Sequence record: LC727699.1
Reading direction: 5' to 3' (one strand)
Length of the DNA stretch: 64,000 nucleotides
This document shows, piece by piece, positions 55,947 through 63,852 of the stretch. How positions within the stretch are numbered: position 1 is the stretch's first letter; the number at the start of each line of letters is the position of its first letter. The translations under genes were made by a program, and so were the position numbers. The notes below the pieces were generated by a model. That model made no database searches. It saw nothing but the letters and a program-made list of their open reading frames with translations, and was not told the origin of the DNA.

Positions 55947-56336
55947 TCACTTAGAATAATCTTCTACTGGAATATCATCTAGCCAATCATTAAGTAGTTT
56001 AAATTGTTGAGGGTGTTGCATCTTAGTTACTTTACCGTATTTAACACTAATAGCGTAACCACCAGATACTGCAAGATCCACTAGTTTGCGTTCATATGCA
56101 TTAAATTCATCATACCAACGGGTATGAATAAGTTTTGCTAAGCGTGCATATGCAGTCTTACGATATTGATCTTCCTGTTCCCGACGTAGGACTTCAAGTA
56201 GTTCTTTCTGACGCTGCTTCTGCTGGCGTTTCTCTTCTTCCTTTTTCTCTTTCTCCAGTCGTTTTTTCTCAGCAATGTGTGATAGAATGGGTAGCTTGAA
56301 AAGCAGACTTAGAATTAGTTGAAAGAATTGTTTCAT
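55947..56336 (-). CDS. Hypothetical protein with charged coiled coil (start re-called from 56381)
   Basis: GAGGA RBS before MKQFFQL; EKKRLEKEKKEEEKRQQKQRQKE. Confidence 0.8.
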   Translation of the reverse strand: MKQFFQLILSLLFKLPILSHIAEKKRLEKEKKEEEKRQQKQRQKELLEVLRREQEDQYRKTAYARLAKLIHTRWYDEFNAYERKLVDLAVSGGYAISVKYGKVTKMQHPQQFKLLNDWLDDIPVEDYSK

Positions 56337-56416
56337 TAGTATTTCCTCAGTTTGATTAAATAGATAATTTACAAATGGCAATCCGCCTAGTTACATACTA
56401 GATAGCTGTAAGTATT

Positions 56417-56827
56417 TTAATCCGTTACAATATCTGGATAACGTTCATCAATTAATGATTTCCTATATGCAAACTCACGTACCTCTACTTCTAACTTTTC
56501 TTTAGTTGCATATGTAGTGCCGATTACAATAATTGAATCATTATTAATTGATAACTCTACATCATTATCTTTTCCAAATACTAATTTAAAAACAGTATTT
56601 AATTCATCTAATTGATTTTGAATGGACACTGTATCATCATGGATTGCCCTAGATGGCTCTTCTAATAAACCCTCTAGTACTTTATAAGACTTTATAAAAA
56701 GAGTATCATTAAAATCTTCTTTTAGCCATGCTAATTCAAGTGTATATAAATCAACTACTCTATTAAGATTTGAAGTAGTTATATCTGTTTTCCATTCATA
56801 ACCTAGATAGTTAGTTTCATTACTCAT
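56417..56827 (-). CDS. Hypothetical protein
   Basis: 136 aa, AAGGAG RBS. Confidence 0.8.
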   Translation of the reverse strand: MSNETNYLGYEWKTDITTSNLNRVVDLYTLELAWLKEDFNDTLFIKSYKVLEGLLEEPSRAIHDDTVSIQNQLDELNTVFKLVFGKDNDVELSINNDSIIVIGTTYATKEKLEVEVREFAYRKSLIDERYPDIVTD

Positions 56828-56869
56828 TATAAACTCCTTTGATCAATACATATTAAATAATCTGGAGTA

Positions 56870-57046
56870 TTATTTCTTTGTAATTCGATAACCAACTGAC
56901 CATAAATCTACACGGACGAAACCTTTTCCATCATGTTGACCGTATACACATACACGTAACATTCTATTGCCTGTCTTCATGTCAATTCGTGTTATCTCAA
57001 ATTTATTAGTAATATATTCTTGGATGATAAATAATAGATGACTCAT
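56870..57046 (-). CDS. Small hypothetical protein (58 aa)
   Basis: MSHLLFIIQEYITNKFEITRIDMKTGNRMLRVCVYGQHDGKGFVRVDLWSVGYRITKK; AGGA RBS. Confidence 0.7.
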   Translation of the reverse strand: MSHLLFIIQEYITNKFEITRIDMKTGNRMLRVCVYGQHDGKGFVRVDLWSVGYRITKK

Positions 57047-57077
57047 TTTATATTTTCCTGATTAATGACAAACATAA

Positions 57078-57097
57078 GCCCCTCCATATGGAGGGGC
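57078..57097 (-). terminator. Terminator after tRNA-Thr
   Basis: GCCCCTCC-ATAT-GGAGGGGC with TTATGTTT tail on the - strand. Confidence 0.75.
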
Positions 57098-57175
57098 AAT
57101 ATGATTTACTGAGTCTTTCGCGTTCAATCCCATCCTAACTAATATATTTAAGAATAGTTTAAACCTCAGTAAATT

Positions 57176-57252
57176 TGGTGCCGCCACTCCGAATCGAACG
57201 GAGGACCTACGCATTACAAGTGCGTTGCTCTACCTAGCTGAGCTATAGCGGC
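57176..57252 (-). tRNA. tRNA-Thr(UGU)
   Basis: GCCGCTATAGCTCAG...CTTGTAA...GTTCGATT...GCGGCACCA; cloverleaf with encoded CCA. Confidence 0.95.
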
Positions 57253-57315
57253 GGAATCTTCTACATATAGTGTATATGAAAGTATTATTTTATTTATTAT
57301 AATAAATAAAGTTAT

Positions 57316-57345
57316 ATTCAAACATATTTAAACAGTATATCATTA
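57316..57345 (+). promoter_or_regulatory. Early promoter (class A, variant core TATATCAT)
   Basis: TTCAAACATATTTAAACAG-TATATCAT, near-identical to the 26158 cassette. Confidence 0.65.
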
Positions 57346-57399
57346 ACTTGATATTACTAAAAGTAATATTTTCTATTAATTGTAAATAGGAAACTAAAT

Positions 57400-57537
57400 A
57401 TGAATATCGACCCAAAAACTCTTGGCATTATTATTAGCACCACTATTGGCGCCGTAGGTGCTCTTATTCTTACGTATGGTATTGTGAGAGCAGTACGTGG
57501 GAATAATAAACCTGATGTAAAAGATGTAGCAGAGTAA
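57400..57537 (+). CDS. Lone + strand small membrane protein (45 aa)
   Basis: MNIDPKTLGIIISTTIGAVGALILTYGIVRAVRGNNKPDVKDVAE; AGGA RBS, own promoter and terminator. Confidence 0.75.
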   Translation: MNIDPKTLGIIISTTIGAVGALILTYGIVRAVRGNNKPDVKDVAE

Positions 57538-57545
57538 GATAACAT

Positions 57546-57572
57546 AGAGCTAGCCCATTAGGGGCTAGCTCT
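57546..57572. terminator. Terminator between convergent genes
   Basis: AGAGCTAGCCC-ATTAG-GGGCTAGCTCT. Confidence 0.8.
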
Positions 57573-57594
57573 TATATTTATTTTTTTATTTGTT

Positions 57595-58224
57595 TTAACT
57601 TGGGGTACTATAATAAATAAATTTAGTTAATTCATCTTGTTGTTCTTTGATTATATTATTTTTCGTTTGTTTAACATTAATGTAATATTCAATAAATAAC
57701 CAACGTCTATCATGTTTGGCTAAGTCTTTGAATTCAATTTTCTCAAATCGCCATGACTGTACAGTAGTCCTAATGAGATTACCGGATTTATTGATAATGT
57801 ACCCTTGCATGGCGTTAATGTGATCATCGATAGTAGATGTTGGTAAAAATATCAAATAAACACCATCTGTATTTTTAGTGTGCATACTTTTTAATTTATA
57901 CATCATTGGGTTAAAGTATTCATCACTTTTATGATAATCGCTTAATTCTAACACAGCATCAATCATCATTTTAGCGCTTTCAGTAACACCAACATTTAGT
58001 AAATAATCATTAAGCTCTTTTAATGAATTATCTGTAAGTGATGCATCTATGTGTTCTTCACTTATAGGTTCATTATAAACTAGTTTATTAATAGTTGAAT
58101 TAACAATATTTAGCCTATCGATATCATAAACTGCTAGTGTTTGTTTACCAACATTTATTTTTAAGTCTTTACCTGATTCATTGATAAAATCATTTAAATC
58201 TACTTCAGTAAAATGAAAAGCCAT
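57595..58224 (-). CDS. Hypothetical protein
   Basis: 209 aa, AAGGTG RBS. Confidence 0.85.
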   Translation of the reverse strand: MAFHFTEVDLNDFINESGKDLKINVGKQTLAVYDIDRLNIVNSTINKLVYNEPISEEHIDASLTDNSLKELNDYLLNVGVTESAKMMIDAVLELSDYHKSDEYFNPMMYKLKSMHTKNTDGVYLIFLPTSTIDDHINAMQGYIINKSGNLIRTTVQSWRFEKIEFKDLAKHDRRWLFIEYYINVKQTKNNIIKEQQDELTKFIYYSTPS

Positions 58225-58383
58225 TTTTATACACCTTTATGTTTTCCGTAGTGTTAAATTTTATTAACACCCGGTTTCAAGTTGAGTTATGTGTAGAACT
58301 AATCTACAAATAATATTAACTCTATGTATAATTTTACTTATAAATAGACCACTCTATATAGAGGGGTATTAAGTCATATAAAG

Positions 58384-58479
58384 TTATTTTAGTGTGGGTC
58401 TAAATACAAACATTACGTCTACTTCATCAGTTGGGTCGACATCATATTCTGTCCCAGTATTATCAATCGCAACCAACAT
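58384..58479 (-). CDS. Possible acidic microprotein (31 aa)
   Basis: MLVAIDNTGTEYDVDPTDEVDVMFVFRPTLK; GAGGA upstream. Confidence 0.4.
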   Translation of the reverse strand: MLVAIDNTGTEYDVDPTDEVDVMFVFRPTLK

Positions 58480-58695
58480 TCTCACATTCCTCGGTAAAGG
58501 GCTTTATGTGATTTAGATAGGCGAGTGATAAAATACCTAAATGCACTGAGATATTCTCTGATAAATCCTTTACCTTTATTAAAATTATCACCTACATGGA
58601 CCATTCAATCACTTTTATGTAGCTTGATTTCAATCAATTAAAGGGTATAACGAATGTAATGTATTTATACACGAATATAGTTATCATAAGCTCAA

Positions 58696-58986
58696 CTACT
58701 TGGGGTAAAAGAGTGGACGGAGATCAGTCTCATGGTATTCATCTTTGATATGGGAAAAGTACTTATTGAAATTATCCACACTATACGAAGTTCTAAGCCC
58801 ATTTGGCCAAATCACTAACATGTCACCAACTTCGAATGCCGTGATCATAGCCTCAAAGTCTTTTATGTTTACATGATCATTACCAAGTTTCACGAATCGA
58901 CATGCACGGAAACCACATTCCCAGTCAGACGACATCCATTGACCAGCTTCAGTAATCAGCTTTGCACGAACTAATGTCTTAGCCAT
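58696..58986 (-). CDS. Hypothetical protein
   Basis: 96 aa, overlaps the upstream stop. Confidence 0.8.
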   Translation of the reverse strand: MAKTLVRAKLITEAGQWMSSDWECGFRACRFVKLGNDHVNIKDFEAMITAFEVGDMLVIWPNGLRTSYSVDNFNKYFSHIKDEYHETDLRPLFYPK

Positions 58987-59164
58987 ACTTGGTACCCCAG
59001 TTTATCGTTTTGTCGAGAAGAGCTTGACTAGGTCGTTTATTACGAATCTGATTCTTAATAGACTCATTTAGCTCTTCCATCGTTTTCCGAACTTTAACTA
59101 ATCGTTCCTTTTGTTCATTTGTAGGAACACTACTAACTATATCTTGCAATGCTTTAAGTGACAT
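58979..59164 (-). CDS. Hypothetical protein
   Basis: 61 aa, AGGGT RBS. Confidence 0.7.
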   Translation of the reverse strand: MSLKALQDIVSSVPTNEQKERLVKVRKTMEELNESIKNQIRNKRPSQALLDKTINWGTKYG

Positions 59165-59226
59165 GTCTTTACCCTATTTGTATTCAGCTATAAGATTCAA
59201 CTACTGGGTACTTTTACAAGACGACA

Positions 59227-59250
59227 TAAAGGCAGCATTAGCTGCCTTTA
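59227..59250. terminator. Terminator after tRNA-Asn copy 1
   Basis: TAAAGGCAGC-ATTA-GCTGCCTTTA. Confidence 0.7.
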
Positions 59251-59295
59251 TAGTTTACATAGTAGTGAAATATAACTAAATCTAAAACTATGAAT

Positions 59296-59371
<76 letters not shown>

Positions 59372-59532
59372 AGAATTATGGCGATTTTATATTAGAGATG
59401 AGTTACTGACAACCTAATATAGATATGTAATAACTACATATTATTACAATCTGAGTATTATTTATTTCTTGTTATGACATTATGTAAATAACGTGTAGTT
59501 AATCTTATTAGAAACTATCAAAGTTACTAATT

Positions 59533-60045
59533 CTAACTAAAACGAACCACCATTACCTCTGTACCAAAAGTATCTGCAACCCACTGGTTAAATTCTTTAT
59601 CAGTGATACCGCGTAGGTTCAGATTAAATGAGGCATTGTCAACAAGAATATATTTTACAGACGATATTAATTCTTCTTTAATATCTTTTTGAATAGATGA
59701 TTCCTCAGGTTGATGAATATATTTACGGAGTTGGTGTGTAATTAAACAAGAAACAATATTATCTTTAGCATTCTGGAACTTAGCCAGTACAGCCTGTTTA
59801 ATTTTATCTTCTACAAATACAGCTAGACATTCGCCAGGATGACGATTAGCAAACTCAATCAATGCAGTTGTACTACCACATTGCCGACCTACAAATAATC
59901 CAACAGTCCTGTATTCACGAATAACAATATGACCAATAGAATTAGATCGATAATTAACCCAGTTCTCATTCGTTTTTTGAATTAAAGCATCTAGGATATC
60001 TTGGTACTTTACAATAGTTCTTACAAACTGATTAGAGTTAGTCAT
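59533..60045 (-). CDS. Hypothetical protein with degenerate P-loop
   Basis: GLFVGRQCGSTTALI resembles RQxGKT with Lys replaced by Ser; AAGGAG RBS. Confidence 0.75.
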   Translation of the reverse strand: MTNSNQFVRTIVKYQDILDALIQKTNENWVNYRSNSIGHIVIREYRTVGLFVGRQCGSTTALIEFANRHPGECLAVFVEDKIKQAVLAKFQNAKDNIVSCLITHQLRKYIHQPEESSIQKDIKEELISSVKYILVDNASFNLNLRGITDKEFNQWVADTFGTEVMVVRFS

Positions 60046-60169
60046 AATAGACTCCTTTATTACAATGTAGCATAGATTCAGTTTTTTAACTGGAATTAAA
60101 TGCCGATTTTGAAAAGGTGATAAAACCTTTTCTCATCTATAAATGAATTTATAATAGTAACAATGAATA

Positions 60170-60280
60170 TAACCAGGGGTGGCAAACCCCTGGCATTTAG
60201 ACACACTCTATAATAAGTTCTACCACCGAGTGTGTTTAGTGGATAGATTTAAGAATACTTTATTATAGTACTCTTACATA
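60170..60280 (-). ncRNA. Candidate three-hairpin sRNA, about 110 nt
   Basis: TATG at 60280, two stems, then the CCAGGGGT/ACCCCTGG terminator; no ORF. Confidence 0.4.
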
Positions 60281-60329
60281 ATATCATCGTGCCAGTATAA
60301 TTATCTAAATAGTTATAAATATTATTATT

Positions 60330-61337
60330 TTAATCAATGATTAATGGTGCTAGTTTTACCTGATAGATACCTGATAACAATTGGCTTTTCAACATATATG
60401 CTCCACCACCAACTGGCATTTTAGATCCACCTACAATGATCATGCTATTATCCGGACCTTTAGCTATAGATGAAATATTAAGGAATCCGATACCTAGTTC
60501 AAATGGTTCAGCCCATTTCCGGCGCCTAATATTAAAACGTTGTGCAAACATTTTAGTTACACCGCCGACATCAACAGCGTTAAGGTAATTAAAATAGTCC
60601 CCATCTACATAACCATTACCTTGCCAGATTGTTCCTTTATCAGCAGGTATAATCATCCAAGGTGTTTGCTCCCATATTAAGGTAGTTGCATTATATCGAT
60701 AAACTTCAAGATTAGGTATGTTCTTTGTATTATCCCAACCACCAAAATGGTAAAAGTAACCATTATAAAAGAATAACTGTTGACCTGAACGAGCACCACC
60801 TGAATAGTCTTGCCCGCTAAGCCAAGACTTACTTGATGGTTTTAATCGCATTGCGTTTACGCCAATTGGGTTAACGCATAGAATAAGATCATTACCATCT
60901 GATGCGGAGGCTGTGCCCCAAAGTGGTACGGGACCACTATATCGCTCAACCCTATTGCCTGTAGCTATATCAAAATGTTGTATAAAGTTAGATGTTCCCG
61001 TACCACCATTACCAGCCGAGTTCCATCCAGTAATACCACCATAAACAATAAAGTTATTCTTATGTAATGTCCCAAATCCTAAAGATACCCCTGGTAAGAA
61101 TGTTCCAGAAGCAGTTGCACCTATATCGGCAAATGGCGATATGGTAAAACGTCTGAACACAGTTGCAGCTGTTTGTCCTTCAGTATGATGACCAGATCCA
61201 ACATACAGTGTATTTCCATCCACATATGACATTGTACCAGCTAACGCTACAGGTAGATCACCTAATTTAATAATTTCATTAAATCCAACCAAGGGTAACT
61301 CTTCGCCTATATCTGGTGATAATAGTAATTCAAACAT
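60330..61337 (-). CDS. Kelch-repeat beta-propeller protein
   Basis: Repeats such as LHKNNFIVYGG, FYNGYFYHFGG.....VYRYN....W and DNSMIIVGG. Confidence 0.75.
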   Translation of the reverse strand: MFELLLSPDIGEELPLVGFNEIIKLGDLPVALAGTMSYVDGNTLYVGSGHHTEGQTAATVFRRFTISPFADIGATASGTFLPGVSLGFGTLHKNNFIVYGGITGWNSAGNGGTGTSNFIQHFDIATGNRVERYSGPVPLWGTASASDGNDLILCVNPIGVNAMRLKPSSKSWLSGQDYSGGARSGQQLFFYNGYFYHFGGWDNTKNIPNLEVYRYNATTLIWEQTPWMIIPADKGTIWQGNGYVDGDYFNYLNAVDVGGVTKMFAQRFNIRRRKWAEPFELGIGFLNISSIAKGPDNSMIIVGGSKMPVGGGAYMLKSQLLSGIYQVKLAPLIID

Positions 61338-61391
61338 GAGTGTGCTCTCAAGTAAATCATTTTAATTCATAAGATAACCCATGGCAACATA

Positions 61392-61415
61392 AAAGAGTAG
61401 CCGAAGCTACTCTTT
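61392..61415 (-). terminator. Terminator after the Asp-Asn tRNA pair
   Basis: AAAGAGTAGC-TTCG-GCTACTCTTT on the - strand. Confidence 0.85.
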
Positions 61416-61421
61416 AGAATA

Positions 61422-61497
<76 letters not shown>

Positions 61498-61503
61498 ATT
61501 AAA

Positions 61504-61580
61504 TGGCGCGCCCAAGGGGACTCGAACCCCTGACCACCCGCGTGACAGGCGGGTATTCTAACCAACTGAACTATGAGCGC
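61504..61580 (-). tRNA. tRNA-Asp(GUC)
   Basis: GCGCTCATAGTTCAG...CCCGC-CTGTCAC-GCGGG...GGTTCGAGTCC...GCGCGCCA. Confidence 0.95.
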
Positions 61581-61603
61581 AAACGTATGGACATGACTTC
61601 CTA

Positions 61604-61617
61604 CATAGTATTACATA
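61604..61617 (-). promoter_or_regulatory. Late-type TATG start (tandem, 10 nt apart) for the tRNA Asp-Asn unit
   Basis: TATGTAATACTATGTAG; similar TATG contexts at 57267, 59440, 60280, 63139 and 63833 (-) and at 13503, 22982, 53122 and 53623 (+); a 4-nt motif is weak evidence alone. Confidence 0.45.
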
Positions 61618-61632
61618 ACCAGTAATATTTTA

Positions 61633-61980
61633 TTACGGGCGATCAGTCCAGTGCTTGAAATAGTTACCATCCTTGGGACGATCGTACTTAGCAAGAATAT
61701 TTTTAAGTTCTTCGCCGGACAACTTAATACTATCGCCTACTGGGCTATCCAGTTCAGGGAAAGGTTCAGTTTTACGTGTAATGATTAAATTATCAGTCCC
61801 ATCTTTGAAGATAAAGATAAACTGCGTTTCATTAGCACTAATCTTTTTCTTAACGCAATGCTTTACTTCTGGATGTTTCTTGTGGATCGCTACAAAAGAT
61901 TCAACAAGAGTTAGCTTTATAAACTCAGGGCTAATAAATGTGAAATATACAGCGCTCTGCGTTGGGGTTAGATGATCCAT
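61633..61980 (-). CDS. Hypothetical protein
   Basis: 115 aa, GGAG RBS. Confidence 0.8.
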   Translation of the reverse strand: MDHLTPTQSAVYFTFISPEFIKLTLVESFVAIHKKHPEVKHCVKKKISANETQFIFIFKDGTDNLIITRKTEPFPELDSPVGDSIKLSGEELKNILAKYDRPKDGNYFKHWTDRP

Positions 61981-61982
61981 AT

Positions 61983-62270
61983 TTACTCCGTATGTTTGAG
62001 ATAGGCTTTAACTGCTTTAAGACCTTTATTAAAGAACATAGCTTCAACATAAGTAATGTTACTTACATCCTCGCCGATAAGTTCCCATTTGATGCAACGT
62101 GTAACAGCGTTGATTGTAATATCTAATCCGTTTGGGAATAGGGTTACTTCATCGGTCAGGTGAATCCAATCGGGAACCTTCGCTCCATTACGTAAACGGG
62201 GACTAAAAGTAAGATTATAAAGTGTTTGTAATGGTTGTCTCAATAGTTCTTTTTGTTCTTGATGTTCCAT
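61983..62270 (-). CDS. Hypothetical protein (start re-called from 62288)
   Basis: AGGA RBS before MEHQEQK. Confidence 0.75.
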   Translation of the reverse strand: MEHQEQKELLRQPLQTLYNLTFSPRLRNGAKVPDWIHLTDEVTLFPNGLDITINAVTRCIKWELIGEDVSNITYVEAMFFNKGLKAVKAYLKHTE

Positions 62271-62278
62271 GTATTTTC

Positions 62279-62500
62279 CTAGAGACATTTAAAAATATAA
62301 ATAGAATGGTTATCTCTTTCGGTTATCTTTAGAGTATTCTCATTTCGAATAACTTCAAGAGACTTGTATTTATGTTCCAGAATATCCAGATGAGAAATAC
62401 ACTGTTCCCTATTTTCAAATAGGATATTACTTTCATTAGTCGAAATGAAACCAAATAATCCAACTTTGATAGATAATACCAACATTATTACTGTATTCAT
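62279..62500 (-). CDS. Small exported or membrane two-Cys protein (start re-called from 62536)
   Basis: GAGGA RBS before MNTVIMLVLSI; FENREQC...IFKCL like 19847..20104. Confidence 0.7.
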   Translation of the reverse strand: MNTVIMLVLSIKVGLFGFISTNESNILFENREQCISHLDILEHKYKSLEVIRNENTLKITERDNHSIYIFKCL

Positions 62501-62526
62501 GTTTTCCTCAATGAGACAGTATAAAA

Positions 62527-62544
62527 CCTCCCCCAAGTGGGAGG
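62527..62544 (-). terminator. Terminator after the CAU tRNA
   Basis: CCTCCC/GGGAGG stem with TTTTAT tail on the - strand. Confidence 0.7.
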
Positions 62545-62552
62545 CTAGTATA

Positions 62553-62629
62553 TGGTGGGCCCAGCAGGACTTGAACCTGCGACCAAGCGATTATGAGTCG
62601 CCTGCTCTAACCAACTGAGCTATAGGCCC
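62553..62629 (-). tRNA. tRNA with CAU anticodon, most likely tRNA-Ile2 (lysidine, reads AUA)
   Basis: Anticodon arm GGCGACTCATAATCGCTTGGTCGC matches E. coli ileX as recalled; C4-G69 and C5-G68 TilS determinants; no initiator features. Confidence 0.9.
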
Positions 62630-62636
62630 TTTTTAT

Positions 62637-62930
62637 TTATTCTGGTAAGAATGTTCCATCTTTTTCACGGACTAATACACCTGACCATTTGAATGTATTT
62701 GTATCACTAACAGGGCACTCTCTAATTACATTGGTTCTAAATGTGCCATGTGGATAGGTTACAGTGAATGTAATATGATTATTACAAACATGCAATACAG
62801 AAGACTTTGCTTCTGTTAGATAGTGTAAGCCTTGAGCTAATTGAATATTAGTTAATTCAGGGTCACTAATAATAGCGTAAAGAGCTGTTCCTATAATTTG
62901 ATGTTCCCATGATATCCATTTATTATCCAT
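62637..62930 (-). CDS. Hypothetical protein
   Basis: 97 aa, lies between tRNAs. Confidence 0.75.
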   Translation of the reverse strand: MDNKWISWEHQIIGTALYAIISDPELTNIQLAQGLHYLTEAKSSVLHVCNNHITFTVTYPHGTFRTNVIRECPVSDTNTFKWSGVLVREKDGTFLPE

Positions 62931-62951
62931 CCTATTTACCTATTATTAAAA

Positions 62952-63027
62952 TGGTCGGAGTGGGGAGACTCGAACTCCCGACATCCTGCTCCCAAAGCAG
63001 GTGCGCTACCAACTGCGCTACACTCCG
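62952..63027 (-). tRNA. tRNA-Pro(UGG)
   Basis: CGGAGTGTAGCGCAG...CCTGC-TTTGGGA-GCAGG...GTTCGAGT...CTCCGACCA. Confidence 0.95.
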
Positions 63028-63036
63028 TATTTAAAT

Positions 63037-63121
63037 TGGTGCCCGAAGTCGGATTCGAACCGACAAGACCGTAGCCGGAAGATTTTAAGTCTTCTGTGTT
63101 TACCAATTTCACCATTCGGGC
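63037..63121 (-). tRNA. tRNA-Leu(UAA)
   Basis: 85 nt with long variable arm; GAAGA-CTTAAAA-TCTTC; ends GGGCACCA. Confidence 0.95.
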
Positions 63122-63179
63122 ATTGTGCTTCAATACATAACATGTAATACTAGGTATTTTATTACAACTTATTTTAAAT

Positions 63180-63632
63180 TCAACGTGGCCATTGTAAAGA
63201 AGTTATCTTATTACCATTAATGTAGACATCGGTCACTTCGCACCAATCATTAATTCTGTGCTCAATAATTGGCACATCATTTCGGCCAGCCACTCCAATC
63301 ATATTCCATTTAACATAAATATTCATTAGATCAATTGTTAATTTCTCTTTTATGAGTTTAGGAGAAATTAATTTAATATTATTAATGTTAAAGAAGTAAT
63401 TATTAACTTCTTCTAAATATTCATTAGTATTAGTAGTACTAACTTTACCTTCATGTTCAAGTGAAGATGGTTTATTTTGATTTACAATATTATTCACTAG
63501 ACTTCTTAAAACGGCGCTTGCCCTACCAGCTTCACGTCTTTTATATTTATCATAGTCTTTTACATTAGCTGCAATTTTATCAAATTCTTTTTGGGCATAG
63601 ATTAACCCTGGTAAAAGTTCATTCTTAATCAT
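63180..63632 (-). CDS. Hypothetical protein
   Basis: 150-aa ORF; no motif recognised. Confidence 0.75.
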   Translation of the reverse strand: MIKNELLPGLIYAQKEFDKIAANVKDYDKYKRREAGRASAVLRSLVNNIVNQNKPSSLEHEGKVSTTNTNEYLEEVNNYFFNINNIKLISPKLIKEKLTIDLMNIYVKWNMIGVAGRNDVPIIEHRINDWCEVTDVYINGNKITSLQWPR

Positions 63633-63689
63633 TTTATAATTACTCTATGTTATTTGTACATATTTTAACATACTCACGTAAAAACAAAA

Positions 63690-63833
63690 TATAAAGCCTC
63701 CCCGAAGGGAGGCGATATATCGTCATTAATGCCCAGCAAAGAGTTTTACTCTCTGGGAGCCAGTTGGAAGGGGGACTGGCTCCGATTTATTATGACTAAT
63801 GTAGAAACGAGGGGGAGGGATCATTTCTACATA
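63690..63833 (-). ncRNA. Candidate sRNA with two C-rich (anti-SD-like) loops, about 145 nt
   Basis: TATG start, two perfect 9-bp stems with C-rich loops, a third stem and a UUCG terminator with T tail. Confidence 0.6.
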
Positions 63834-63852
63834 TCATTACATACTCAGTAAG

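Noticed and set aside
58250-58380. AT-rich hairpin cluster as an origin or ncRNA
   Set aside because: Stems are short and AT-rich, plausible by chance at this base composition; no clear start or terminator pair
59372-61421. Autonomous prophage-like mobile element
   Set aside because: No integrase or transposase in or near the cassette; reported only as a repeat-flanked cassette
62553-62629. tRNA-Met call
   Set aside because: No C1-A72 mismatch or triple G-C anticodon stem of fMet; carries Ile2/TilS features
62936-63133. 65-aa ORF MKHNARMV...
   Set aside because: It is the translation of the tRNA-Leu and tRNA-Pro genes
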